Below are positions 11,200 through 23,650 of a DNA stretch of 64,000 nucleotides, piece by piece. Position numbers and translations under genes: made by a program. The stretch's first letter is position 1, and each line of letters opens with the position of its first letter. The stretch covers positions 19,220,001 through 19,284,000 of the forward strand of contig JBHGNT010000004.1 of assembly GCA_043228905.1 (NCBI GenBank). Direction: 5' to 3'. The notes beneath the pieces were generated by a model. That model was not told where the DNA came from, made no database searches, and saw only the letters and a program-made list of their open reading frames with translations. Source of the DNA: Azolla caroliniana. Its lineage: Eukaryota; Plantae; Polypodiophyta.

Positions 11200-14100
11200 T
11201 GTTGGGAACAAGGCCGTCAATGTGTAGGATCAAATAGCATTCGATTCTGCTGAATACCTGCGTATGACAGTTTCTGAGGTCGTGCACAGAGATGGAGAGA
11301 AAAAGAGAGAGAGAGAGACAGAGAGGCACAAAAGACTCTTTATTCCATAAGACAATAATACAAAAACCTTACAAAGAGGTTACTAGGTCACTTTATATAG
11401 TGACCGACTTAGGGCAACTACCCTTTACGCTAATTACACAAATGGCCCAAACTAGAGCTATACAAGGGATAGTGTGAATACGTCCATTATACACTTGTAT
11501 TCGACACTCCCCCGTAATGGGCGTATACATGGGTTATCTAAGATTACAGGTATGAACCTAGGTTCTCGGACATATCCGTTTTGTTCGAGTCGGCAGGGTC
11601 CGAAGGCAGAAGACCGGACTGGTCGGGTCGGAAGAGTTGAAGCCGATCATTAAGGAACTGATGCCGGTTGTCCGAAACCATCCTGCGCTGTGTCCGGCTC
11701 TAACCGGACTGGTTTGTCGTTACGCCCATCTGATGCCGAAGGGACCGAAAGCGGTCTGCCGAAAGACACTTCGTCATTCCATCTGCGACATTGTCGGTTG
11801 TGGATATTTTCTCTAGACCGATTTTCCCTGAAATGACGCAGTCCCGAACGAAGTGATATCGAACGTCGATATGTTTGGAGGCGTTGTGGTGAACCGGATT
11901 TCTCGACAAGGCAACAGCACCTTGACTGTCGCTGTAGACAACTGGAGCCGAGTCATGGTCGACTTGCCGAAACGTGTGCGCCAGCCGGCCGAGCCACAAA
12001 GCTTCTTTTGCAGCGTCGGACGCAGCTACATATTCTGCTTCAGTCGTTGAGGTCGCTGTGCACTCCTGAAGTTTCGACTTCCACGAAATTGCTCCATTGC
12101 CGAATTTGAAGCAGTATCCGGTTGTTGATTTCCGACTGTCTATACAGCCGGCGAAGTCCGAGTCGGTGTAACCGACTACGCCTGAGGTTGAGTTCGGACC
12201 GAAAAGAATGCCGTGGTCTTTTGTGCCAGCCAGATATTTGAACACATGCTTGACTGCGTTCCAATGCGATCGGCCGGGATTGTGCATAAATCTGCTAACG
12301 ACTCCTACGGCATGAGAAATATCAGGCCGTGTCGCGACCATCAGGTACATAAGGGAGCCGACTGCCGGTGCATACGGTACCGACTTCATATCTTCCCCCT
12401 CCGGACCGGATGTCGGGCAGTCTCGCTGAGAGAGCCGAAGATTCATGGGGAGCGGGGTTGAAGCAGATTTGGCTGATTGCATGTTGAAGCGTTCCAAGAC
12501 ACGTCCGAGATAGTCGGTCTGAGACAAAAAAAGATGTCGTTTATCGCGATGCCGACTAATCTTCATGCCAAGTATGTGTCGTGCCGGACCGAGGTCCTTC
12601 ATGGCAAACTTCAACCGCAGTTGCCGAATGAGATCGGCAAGTTCGCCCGCGTGGCGTCCAGAGATTAGCATGTCGTCCACGTAAATGATGAGGAAGATGG
12701 GTGACCCATCTTGAGCTGTGTTGGTAAAAAGACAATGGTCCTCATCGCTTTTTGAGAAGCCGATCGATTGGATGAAGTCATCGAACTTCTTGTACCATTG
12801 TCGCGGTGCCTGTTTGAGGCCGTATAGACTCTTCCTGAGTCGGCAGACTAGATGTTCTTGGCCAGTGGCCACGAAGCCTTTTGGCTGCTCCATATAAATT
12901 TCCTCTTCAAGATCACCATGGAGGAAGGTTGTTTTGACATCTAGCTGAATCAGCTCCAGGTTGTCGGCTGCCACTACGCCGAGTAGAAAACGAAGGGTTG
13001 TCATTTTCACCACTGGTGAAAAAATCTCGTCGAAGTCGACGCCATATTCTTGTCGGAAGCCCTTCGCAACTAATCTGGCCTTGTACTTTGGGGTGGTCGA
13101 ATCAGACGTCTCTTTTAGTCGATAAACCCACTTGCAAGGAAGAGCACGTCGATTCTTAGGTAGTTCGACCAGATCCCAAGTCTTGTTTGCCCGAATGGAG
13201 TGCATTTCCGACTCCATCGCCAGATGCCAGGTAGCGGAATCGACAGATGTCGATGCTTCTTCGTAAGACGTCGGTTCGCCGGCGTCGGTGAAGAAAATTC
13301 CAGGAGAATACCTCTCCGGAGGTTGCGACAGTCTCTCGGATCGTCGAGGTATGATTGGACTGGTCGCATCGGGTATCGAGGTCGGATGGTCCGAAAGCGA
13401 ATCATTCGGCTGTGCCGAGTCAGAGTTGTCCGAGTCGGTAGTGTAAGGTTCAGCTACCCGTGAAGCTGACCGTGTGTTAAGAGCGGGGCCTTCTTGAAGG
13501 GTCGGCACATCGGAAAATGTTACCCTTCGGACTTCGATCGGTTTTTCGACTGATGGATTCATAGCCGACTCGTTGAACACAACGTTCGAACTTCGAACGA
13601 TTTGCCTGCGTTCGGGGTCCCAGAGTCGGTATCCCATTTCGCCATCTGATCCATATCCAAGGAAAATGCATTTCCTGGACCGAGGTGCAAGTTTTCGGCG
13701 ATCATCTTTCGGAATAAGGGCGTATGCCTCGCATCCGAAGATCCTCAGCTTGTCGTAATTCGGCTTACTGCCGATCCATAGTTCCTGAGGAATTTGAAGT
13801 CCTAGAGGTCTGCTTGACGACATATTGATTATGTGTACTGCCGTGAGTAGAGCCTCTGCCCAGAAGCCATCCGACAGTCCGGAGTGTTGGAGCATGGAAA
13901 CTATCCGTTCTTGGATTGTCCGATTCATTCGTTCTGCAATCCCGTTTTGCTCCGGACTGTGTGGTGCCGTAAATTCACGTCGGATGCCGCGTTGTCGGCA
14001 GAATTTGACGAATTCTTCTGATTTGAACTCTCCCCCATTGTCGGTCCGAAAGCATTTCAGTTTTCGGTCGGTTTGATTTTCTACCATAGCGAGCCAATCG

Positions 14101-16723
14101 GAGAAGATCGAGAAGACACGATCTTTGGTGCGAATTGGATAAGCCCACACCTTTCGAGTCGAATCGTCAATAAAACTGACGAAGTAAGAGGCACCGCCGA
14201 GAGACTGATGCGGCATTGGGCCACAGACGTCCGAGTGGACTAAATCGAGAGGTCTCGTTTCTCTTGGTGCTGATGTCGGGTGTGATGCGGCTGCTTGTTT
14301 GCCATACTGGCAATGTTCGCAGAATTGATGGTCCGAGAAGGAGAGTTTAGGGATGTATCCGGCTCTAGATAGGTGCGTGATGCCGGCCTTGCTGAGGTGT
14401 CCTAATCTTCTGTGCCATAGTGATGACACAGGAATATCCACCAAAAACAGGTTACCCTCTCTGAGCGTAACATGTAACGGATACAGTGAGTGTATCTTGG
14501 GTCCTCTAGCAAGCAGGAGGTTCCCCCTGTGGAGTGTCCACCCTCCCGAAGAAAAACCGGCACGAATGCCGTCTTCATCTAGTTGTCCGACTGAGATCAA
14601 TGGCCTTGAGAGCTCGGGTACATGTCGGACATTGTGAAGTACAAGTGTAGAGCCACCTGCAAGGTTGAGCTCTACTGTGCCGATTCCAATGATGTCACAG
14701 TGTTGCGAGTTGCCGACTCGAACTGAGTCGGAGTGACGGATCGTATATTGCCGAAATTGGGATCGATGAGGAGTTACGTGAAATGACGCGCCCGAATCTA
14801 AGAGCCATGTGCTCGATTCTTCAGTCGTGAGCAGAACTTCTGATCCGACTGGATTTTCGATTGATAGTATATTCGGGTCGTTTGGTAGTACATCGGCTGA
14901 GAAGCTGACGTAATTGATCTCCTCATGCCGGCCACTCTTCTTGTCTGATTTCTGAGACTTGTCGTTCTTGTTCTTGAGTGCGCGGCAGTCGGCTTTGATA
15001 TGTCTGGGTTTCTTGCAATAGTTGCAGATTCGATTATCCCGTGACTGGCTCCGTCTTCGCTGATTGTTCGGCTGCCGTGAGGAATCTCTTCCTCGTATGT
15101 TCGATCGGTCTGTCGAACCTTGTACTACGTAAGCGTCGTCTGTTGAGTCTTTGGCGAAAGACTTTCTCCGAGCTGCTTCGGTCAGGATTGCGCTCGTGAC
15201 TTCGGAGTATTTAACAGCCGTGGTTGACGCGTTGCACACGGTTGTGACGAAAGTTTCCCATGATGAGGGAAGGCTGCTCATGAGTATCATTGCTCTGAGT
15301 TCATCCTCGATTGCCGTCCCCTGAGATGAGATTTGGGAGCTTATGCTTTCGTACTCATTGAGATGTGCTTGAACCGAATCGGATTCTTTCATCCGCAAGT
15401 TGTAGAGGCACCGGATCAGAAACATCTTTGTTGCAGCGACCTTCTTTTCGTAGGTGTCCGACAGTGTTTTCCACAGTTCGAATGCTGTCGTACACGATTG
15501 CACCGTAAAGTATACCGATTCCGATAGGTGCATCCGAATCGTGGCGCGGACGATTCTGTCCAGCTTCTGCCACTCAATTGGTTTGTATCCTTCTGGAGGT
15601 TCTTCATTTTCGATGGGATCGATTTGCCCCTTAACTATGAGATAGTCCTGCATTTGCTCCTTCCAGAAGTTGAAGTTCGATCCATCGAACTTTCGTAGAC
15701 TCATTTCTGACGAGCCGGATGTGGATGCCATCAAATTTGGTTTCGGTTGACGAAGCTCGGTTCGGAGTCGACTATGAACCTCGTTGGAGTGCAGCCGATT
15801 GGTTCACCCGATATCATTCTAGTCGGATTTGAACCCGAGTCGGTTCGGCTTCGGATATATGTATTGTTGAACTTGCTCGAATTGACTCCGGTAACTTGAG
15901 GGACAGAACCGACTGGTCTTCCCGAATGTTGCCGAGTCGGAGTGAGCCCGGTTCGCTTCCGAATATATATGCCAAATACCGATTATTGAAACCGATTATC
16001 TGAACCGATTCTGCTTCGGGTGACTGCAGCGACGAGAGAGACGGATCCAACTGATCCTCCCGAATGTCGATCAGCCGGATGAAGCACGAATTGGGGTTGT
16101 TGTCTTGAGACCGATCTGCACCGAGTGGTTACAATGAGCGGCGAGCAGCGTTTGATGACCTCTTCGGATGCCGTTTAACCGAGTGGAGCACGATCGTGTC
16201 AGTGTTGCACAAGGGGATTTCACCTCGAGCGGTTACGATCACAGGGAACAGAGTACAGCCGGTTGGCTTACTCCAAGCGAAGATGATCTAACGCGATGAG
16301 ATGCAAGCCTCGTTTTTCTTCTTCTCTCTTCTTCGAATGACGCAGGAAACCGAATGCTGTGCAGGCTGAGACGACGGCCGACAGCGGATTGAAGGACCGA
16401 ATGCTCTGATACCAGATGTTGGGAACAAGGCCGTCAATGTGTAGGATCAAATAGCATTCGATTCTGCTGAATACCTGCGTATGACAGTTTCTGAGGTCGT
16501 GCACAGAGATGGAGAGAAAAAGAGAGAGAGAGAGACAGAGAGGCACAAAAGACTCTTTATTCCATAAGACAATAATACAAAAACCTTACAAAGAGGTTAC
16601 TAGGTCACTTTATATAGTGACCGACTTAGGGCAACTACCCTTTACGCTAATTACACAAATGGCCCAAACTAGAGCTATACAAGGGATAGTGTGAATACGT
16701 CCATTATACACTTGTATTCGACA
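11200..16723 (-). mobile_element. Intact young Ty1/copia element
   Basis: 307-bp LTRs 11200-11506 and 16417-16723 with no difference seen, TSD GAGAT, iMet PBS 16403-16414, PPT 11507-11513. Confidence 0.97.
11700..15734 (-). CDS. Copia Gag-Pol polyprotein (1344 aa)
   Basis: CNYCKKPRHIKADC, LLDSGAS, WHRRLGH..CEHC, HSDVC/RTDNGGEF/AERMN, YVDD, RNase H TDSD/EAEY/YSDSQ. Confidence 0.97.
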   Translation of the reverse strand: MMASTSGSSEMSLRKFDGSNFNFWKEQMQDYLIVKGQIDPIENEEPPEGYKPIEWQKLDRIVRATIRMHLSESVYFTVQSCTTAFELWKTLSDTYEKKVAATKMFLIRCLYNLRMKESDSVQAHLNEYESISSQISSQGTAIEDELRAMILMSSLPSSWETFVTTVCNASTTAVKYSEVTSAILTEAARRKSFAKDSTDDAYVVQGSTDRSNIRGRDSSRQPNNQRRRSQSRDNRICNYCKKPRHIKADCRALKNKNDKSQKSDKKSGRHEEINYVSFSADVLPNDPNILSIENPVGSEVLLTTEESSTWLLDSGASFHVTPHRSQFRQYTIRHSDSVRVGNSQHCDIIGIGTVELNLAGGSTLVLHNVRHVPELSRPLISVGQLDEDGIRAGFSSGGWTLHRGNLLLARGPKIHSLYPLHVTLREGNLFLVDIPVSSLWHRRLGHLSKAGITHLSRAGYIPKLSFSDHQFCEHCQYGKQAAASHPTSAPRETRPLDLVHSDVCGPMPHQSLGGASYFVSFIDDSTRKVWAYPIRTKDRVFSIFSDWLAMVENQTDRKLKCFRTDNGGEFKSEEFVKFCRQRGIRREFTAPHSPEQNGIAERMNRTIQERIVSMLQHSGLSDGFWAEALLTAVHIINMSSSRPLGLQIPQELWIGSKPNYDKLRIFGCEAYALIPKDDRRKLAPRSRKCIFLGYGSDGEMGYRLWDPERRQIVRSSNVVFNESAMNPSVEKPIEVRRVTFSDVPTLQEGPALNTRSASRVAEPYTTDSDNSDSAQPNDSLSDHPTSIPDATSPIIPRRSERLSQPPERYSPGIFFTDAGEPTSYEEASTSVDSATWHLAMESEMHSIRANKTWDLVELPKNRRALPCKWVYRLKETSDSTTPKYKARLVAKGFRQEYGVDFDEIFSPVVKMTTLRFLLGVVAADNLELIQLDVKTTFLHGDLEEEIYMEQPKGFVATGQEHLVCRLRKSLYGLKQAPRQWYKKFDDFIQSIGFSKSDEDHCLFTNTAQDGSPIFLIIYVDDMLISGRHAGELADLIRQLRLKFAMKDLGPARHILGMKISRHRDKRHLFLSQTDYLGRVLERFNMQSAKSASTPLPMNLRLSQRDCPTSGPEGEDMKSVPYAPAVGSLMYLMVATRPDISHAVGVVSRFMHNPGRSHWNAVKHVFKYLAGTKDHGILFGPNSTSGVVGYTDSDFAGCIDSRKSTTGYCFKFGNGAISWKSKLQECTATSTTEAEYVAASDAAKEALWLGRLAHTFRQVDHDSAPVVYSDSQGAVALSRNPVHHNASKHIDVRYHFVRDCVISGKIGLEKISTTDNVADGMTKCLSADRFRSLRHQMGVTTNQSG

Positions 16724-17654
16724 GAGATGGGGTGTGGTTTGTGAGTTTTCTAAGTGTGATAAGAAAAGGCATGCATAGACAACTGAGAAGTTGCAACCCA
16801 TGGTTGTTCCTTTGATTTGTTGGTATACTTGATTATCAAAGGTCAGCTAGTGATACTCTAGGCATGAGTTAGATTATCGGGAAGTAATGCAGGGGCATGG
16901 ATGAGATATGGAAATAATTGAGAGGGAGAGGTGAGGGGAGGACGCATTTGTTCACAGAGGCTGCCTCCATATGAAGGCAAAGGGGGATGTGAGGAGGGAA
17001 CAAAGAAAGGGGAGTAATTAGGGTTCTGAAAACGTGAGAGGTGAGGTTGTTGTGAGCATGGATGAGGGGTTGGAAGGAGGGGCAGCATGAATGTCTATCG
17101 GTTGCCTTGCGTAGTCCCAAACAGCGCGCCATGTAGGGAGGGGGAAGGGTGCACGAGATGGTTGTCCAACACAGTCCCATACTCGTTTACAATAAGGGGG
17201 GGAACGATTGATGAAAGAGGCCGCGATCAACCATGGCATGTTGTTGAGTATTGTGGGGTGGATCATGTTTCTATGATGTCCAATTATCGTAGGGCGTACC
17301 ATGTGTACAGCGAAGAAGGGGCGGTGGCGGCGGCAGCGAGAAGTTTTGTTGGCGGCTTTGATTCGTATTATCCCGTGGTGAGAATTTACCGTAGTATTCT
17401 ATACACATGGATCCCAGGGGCTTCACTGTCAAAACTTGTATGATAGCACATGAGTTCATCAAAAGGGGTTTAAATTAACCATTGAGATTCATAATATATA
17501 TACATAAGGGTATTAATAAATACATAAAAAATATATTTACATAAGGGTGTTATCAATTACGCTATAGAAAAAAATTACATAAGCCCATGAAATATTAGAT
17601 ATTTCAATTAGATAGTAAAGAATATATTATGCAAACAATAGTCAATTTTGGAGT

Positions 17655-17658
17655 AGCA

Positions 17659-17690
<32 letters not shown>

Positions 17691-18629
17691 CATGCATACA
17701 TATACATGCATACATGCACATATACCTACATTCAAACATTACATCCATGAATATGTATATACATGCATTACACACATTTATAATGCATACTGACTAAACA
17801 TGAATATATGTACAAATATATATTACCATATGTAAATACATACACAAATACATATATGTAAATGCATACATGCTACATACATATTTTGTATGTTACATAT
17901 TACACACATATATTATTATGCACACAATTATATACAAATACATATATACATACCAAACACAAAAAATATACATACATAAATAAATTACATATTATATATA
18001 CACACGCATACACATACACATAAATACGTATAGTGACATATTATATGTATTACAAATCTACATACATACAAACAAGTTATATATATATATATACACACAC
18101 ACAAACAAACACATCAATAAATTACATGCTACATAGCATATAATCCATTCATATTACACAATATACAAATTTACATACACGTACATACATTACATATATA
18201 GATACATTATTACATATATATATATTGCATATGTACATTTATTCCACATATCACCATATATATATATATATATAGGTTATATGGGACCATACAAACTACA
18301 ATACTTAAATATTTACATACATACACACACATCATATATATGAGTGCATATTACGTACATATTACACACATAGATACATTATTACATATCACCACATACA
18401 CAAACACAAATACACACATGGTCATACACAATGTAATAGTACATATATAGATACACATACACATACATACATATTATGCACATATTATAAACACACATCC
18501 AAACACATCGAATCATGTACATGGACATATGCATATATGTATACAGATACATACATACATACATATTCCACATATCACCATATATATACATAGGTAATAC
18601 GGGGTCATACAAATTACAATACTTATAAG

Positions 18630-18660
<31 letters not shown>

Positions 18661-19750
18661 TTAGATATATGTATACTTACACATACGTTGGATATATGCA
18701 TATATATTATGTGCATATTGCAAACATACATCCATATATGAGCCATACACATACTAAACACGAAAATACCCTGAAAAGATACATAAATACAATACATATT
18801 ACATATATACACATACATGCATTCATACATGAACATACATATATCATTCATACATTGTGTACATACGTACACATGCCTACAATGATACATTTATAAATGT
18901 TACCAACTTACATCCATACATGTACATACATGCATGCATACATACAATACAAATGTACATACCTACACACATACATATGTGCATGTGTATATATGTATGT
19001 GGTGCGTGTTGTATGTGTGTGTATATATTGTATTGTATGCATGAATACATACACATAACACATACACACATGCCATACATAGAATACATACATGTGCACA
19101 TGTAAAGAACATACACACACACACATGCAATACACAATACATACAACACATGCAATACAATACAATATGTACATACACACACATACATATATACACCTGC
19201 AATACAATATGTATACATATGTACATCAATAGAAAATACACACACATAACACATACATACATAGACACATGCTATATATACAATACATAATACATACATA
19301 CATATGTAGAAATATAGAACACACACACACACATAACACATACATACGTACATAGACACATGCTACACATATGATACATACAATACATACATACATACAT
19401 ATGCATATATAGAAAATACACACACACACACACACAAACACACACAAACACACACACTAACATTAACACATACATACATAGACACATGATATACATACAA
19501 TACATATATAAGCACATCTATAGAACACGCGTGCACACACACACTCACATATACACACATACACTCACATGTTGTACATACAATACATACATACACACAT
19601 GCCATATACACAATACATACATAAGCACATGCATAGAACATACACAATTACCCATATAGTAGATATATACATACAACACATGCAATCTAATACATACATA
19701 TGCACACACACCAAATATACATACATATGTAAGGCACATGTACACACACT
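17655..19750. repeat. Degenerate (TACA/CA/TA)n low-complexity tract; second tract at ~22190-22550
   Basis: Direct reading; source of the many M/Y/V/C-rich spurious ORFs. Confidence 0.95.
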
Positions 19751-19970
19751 ACAACATTATTTTTAAAACGTGTGACAAAGTCACGCTAATTGTTTCAAAA
19801 AAAGGGGGGGAAGAAAAGGGGGAGGGGGATTACATTCGTGTTTTAGTAAAAAATGGGGGGGGGGGGGGGGGGGGGAATGAAGAGAATGAAAGGGAGGGGA
19901 GTATACATATTTTGATGTGGGGCAAGAAAGAGGGGAGAGACAATGATAGAGACAGAGACAGATTGAAACT

Positions 19971-20502
19971 GTGGCGGAAAACTCAGCGGCCACAACGACT
20001 GGCTCACCTCCATTTCTTGCCCCATCATCGATGGGTACATGATTGTCTCTGCTTCTCGAGACAAGTTTCTTGTTGTGTGGTCCCTCACCTGAGACGAAAA
20101 CTATGGCAATACAAAGAAACGCCTCACAGGTCATGGTCACTTCGTATAAGATGTTGCCATCTCTTCTGATAGGAAGTTTGCTCTATCAGTATCAGGGAGC
20201 TAGGATGGAGAGCTTCATCTGTGGGATCTCTACTCCGGTGCCACAAACCGCCGATTCACTAGACACTCTAAAGACGTTCTGAGCGTTGCCTTCTCTGCAG
20301 ACAATCGTCAGATCGTTTCCACATCGAGGGATCGATTCATCAAGATTTGGAACACTCTCAGCGAGTGCAACTATACTATCCAAGAGGGAGATGCACACAC
20401 CGGCTGAGTATCATATGTTACTTGTCACCTGTTACTGCGAATCCTATAATGGTTTATGGTTCATGGGACAAATATGTGGTGTGGAACCTTAATAACCTTA
20501 AA
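19971..20502 (+). pseudogene. RACK1: Captured 5' fragment of RACK1 (WD40), frameshifted
   Basis: [96 protein letters not shown]. Confidence 0.93.
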
Positions 20503-20786
20503 TCACCCGCTAATTACAACAATAGGTCATAGTTGGGAGCTCCTCCACACAAAGGAATATTATGTGAAAATCCATCCATGCTATTGCAAGTGAGTTGATA
20601 TAAAAAGTTCGGCATTATGGGTTGTATGTACGATTGTTGTAATCATGTTGTGTAGTTTTTCTCCTCCTAATGATTTTTCCATGGGTATGGTATTTTTACG
20701 CAACAAACATTAAGAAATATGCATTTTTGTTGAAAGAATTGTTGATTTTGGGTCAGATATTGAAATAATTTTATTTATACTTGCAA

Positions 20787-21592
20787 GTTGGGAAAGTGTG
20801 GAAAATGGGATCAACCAAATAATTATCCAAAAGTTGTTGTCGCATGCAGGTAATGACATGCATGTTTAATGTGTTTTGTGAGCATTTTGTTTATGCTTTC
20901 ACTTCAAAAGTTTCATTGTTTAATACAATCATAAAATGTAGTTCTTGAAGAATTTTAAATTGGGAATTTTTTTTCGAATGATTCTCAACGCTCATAGGCG
21001 TGGCTATCATTTGGGCCTATGCATACCTCCTTACACCAATGGGAGCCTACAGACATACATGCCTTTGATGTTATTGCTTCCAACTGCTGGATTGATCGAG
21101 CGTCATTGGTTGTTTCATCACCTTGGTAATTTGAGCCATATTTATTGTTTCTATTGTTCATTGCACAATATAACATCGTTTTTGAAGTGTGGGCAATTAG
21201 ATAGAGTCACCCTTTGAAACTCAATAAATATAAGTGATGTGCATGTATATCTCAATGTTATCTATTTTTGGGCAAGGAAGAACATGTCAGGGCATGATGT
21301 AACACGATGGTGAATAACACTTACATCAATGTGTTACTCATGGATAAATATTGGATACACATTTTTTGGTGATATAAAATCATTGTTCCTCTACCGATTC
21401 TCTTTTAGTAATTCCTAGTTATATATTGCAAGTTATATGTATCTAAGTTGATATTTAGATGGAACATCAAGGTTGCCGAAATTGTGAATTTCTAAGCTTT
21501 GCATTCCTTATACTCTTCAATGGGGTGCTTCGACGTTTCATGCAAGTCATATGGTCGGCATGATGGTTGCAGTGCTAGTTTCCATGGTTGAG
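20787..21592 (+). pseudogene. Captured exons and introns of a nucleobase-ascorbate transporter (NAT/NCS2) gene
   Basis: Exons ~20787-20849 (VGKC.E.G), 20942-21125 (FLKNFK..VAIIWAYAYLLT..GAYRH..NCWIDRASLVVSSPW) and 21497-21592 (IPYTLQWGASTFHASHMVGMMVAVLVSMVE) with GT-AG borders. Confidence 0.85.
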
Positions 21593-23429
21593 GTAAATTT
21601 GTCATGTTTAAGTATGTTACTAATACAAGAGGCATAATTGAAACTCTATTTTGGTTTTATTTGTTGTGAATTGGATACATGAATTCCCACAATGTGTTTT
21701 CATTATGTAACAATTAATTTGTCAAGACCAAACCTATCTATGATAAATATTGTTGTTGAGACCAAACCTTTCAGATTAGATGTTCTTGAATCTAAACCTT
21801 TGTGGGTTCCATAGCTTACTCTTTCGTAGAGAGATTAAGGGCTATGGCTATGGAAGAGATGTTTAAAGGTTAAAAGAATTGTGTGTGGTTGCATTGTAGG
21901 AACTTAAGGACTTAAATGCTGAAGTTTTCTTAGAGAAAAACTTGGTATGTGTTTGTTTTGGCATTGTAGCAACTTCATGTAGTGAAGTTCTTTCTCAAGT
22001 TGAATGTTGTGAATTATTCTTGCACATCACATGGTATATTCTTGTTATGATATATCTTTTGTTAGATATATCATTTTTCACTTCCATGAAACCACGATAT
22101 ATGCAATGTTACATAGGCATGTCAAAGAAGATGGCATTGAAGGTGATCCTATTCTTTGAATGAAGGTGGTGTGAAGACGCACATACTCTCCACACTCACA
22201 TACATGAAAATATACATACAAACAAGCAAACATACATTCATACATACACACACAACAAACACATTCATGTATAGTACAATATAGTACATGTATACATACA
22301 CATGCAATACAATACAATACAATACAATACATAAACATGGAATACAACACAATACATACATACATACACATGCAATACAATACAATACATAGACATGGAA
22401 TACAACACAATACATACACACACATAACATATACATACATACATACATACACATGCAATACAATACAATACATAGACATGGAATACAACACAATACATAC
22501 ACACACATAACATATACATACATACATACATACATACAACTATGCATAAAATATGCCCAACTCATTCAAATAATACAATGTAGATTGATATACATCTATA
22601 GGATATACATGCGTTTTTCTATGTAAGGGTATTTAAAATAGTTGTTGTCAAAATATATATTGACAATAAGGGGTATTTTTATTAACCGTTTTTTTACAAA
22701 AGGGTTCTAAAATAGTGAAAAACCATATGTATAAGGGGTTTATAAAAGATATCTTGAACGCACGTGATACAACCTCTTTAAATATAGTGGAGCCCTCGGG
22801 ACGTGGATAAGTGTGAGGGTTAAACGAGAGTGTAAAGAAGGGGAGGATTACTTTTAATCCTCAGGATTGAGACAACCCATTAGGCCAAGTGTGAACTTGC
22901 ATGGGGGCCTTGGGTATCTCTATAAATATGAGGCCTAGCTACCCTCATTTAATGATATCTTGACTACGTCGAGACTCTGTTTCATGGTGGTTCAACTCTT
23001 GTGGCGAGCGCGCCAACACCAAGTACAACTTGACGCCACGACGATGGTATGGGACGCCGATCGAGGCTCGAGTCCGTCTCGATCCCTTCGCTCGGGGGTG
23101 GTCGGGTGGATCGGCACCCTCCTTTCTCTCTCTCATTTCTATCTATCTATCTTTTATCCTTATCATATGCTTACTTTAGATCATAGCTCTAACAGTTGGT
23201 ATCAGAGCTCATGTTTCTAATGTTTCCTTTGTTTGTTTTTGTCTTCTTGATGGATGGTGATTGATCGTCGTGCAGTCGACCTTGATCCAGATAGCGATCA
23301 ACAAAGGAACTTCGGTAACGCTTTCTTGTTTTTCTTTCTATTTTTGCTTCTCCCATCTAATCATGTATACGGTCAATATTTAATTTTTTTCATTGATTTA
23401 ATGATGTTGTGGTAATTAATTGGTTGTAT

Positions 23430-23650
23430 AAAATGTTTACATATGTGTATGAGGTCAATACCTCATTTGACATATATTTAATATGTGATTAGTGTCGTAT
23501 GCGTACGAGGTTAATACCTCAATTGTGTATTACGTTCACGTCCATATGTTACGTATGCGTATGAGGTCAATCCCTTGATTTTTGGTAAATGATATGTGTT
23601 TGGTGTCGTATGCGTAAGAGGTCAATACCTCAATTGTGTATTACGATTAA
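23430..23650 (+). repeat. Four degenerate ~50-57 bp repeats in the chromovirus leader
   Basis: Recurring tatgcgtatgaggtcaatacctcaatt motif. Confidence 0.75.

Larger units (their letters stand above)
17413..22800. mobile_element. Non-autonomous TIR DNA transposon carrying gene fragments (Pack-type)
   Basis: TIRs cccaggggcttcact / agtggagccctcggg, 8-bp TSD acatggat/acgtggat, subterminal (A)TAAGGG(G)T repeats; it splits an LTR that is contiguous at 34640-34700. Confidence 0.88.

Noticed and set aside
18382-19766. Many M/Y/V/C-rich ORFs (also 22078-22565)
   Set aside because: Artefacts of (TACA)n low-complexity sequence.
19971-21592. Functional host RACK1 or NAT gene
   Set aside because: Partial, frameshifted, with stops, and enclosed by TIRs and a TSD.
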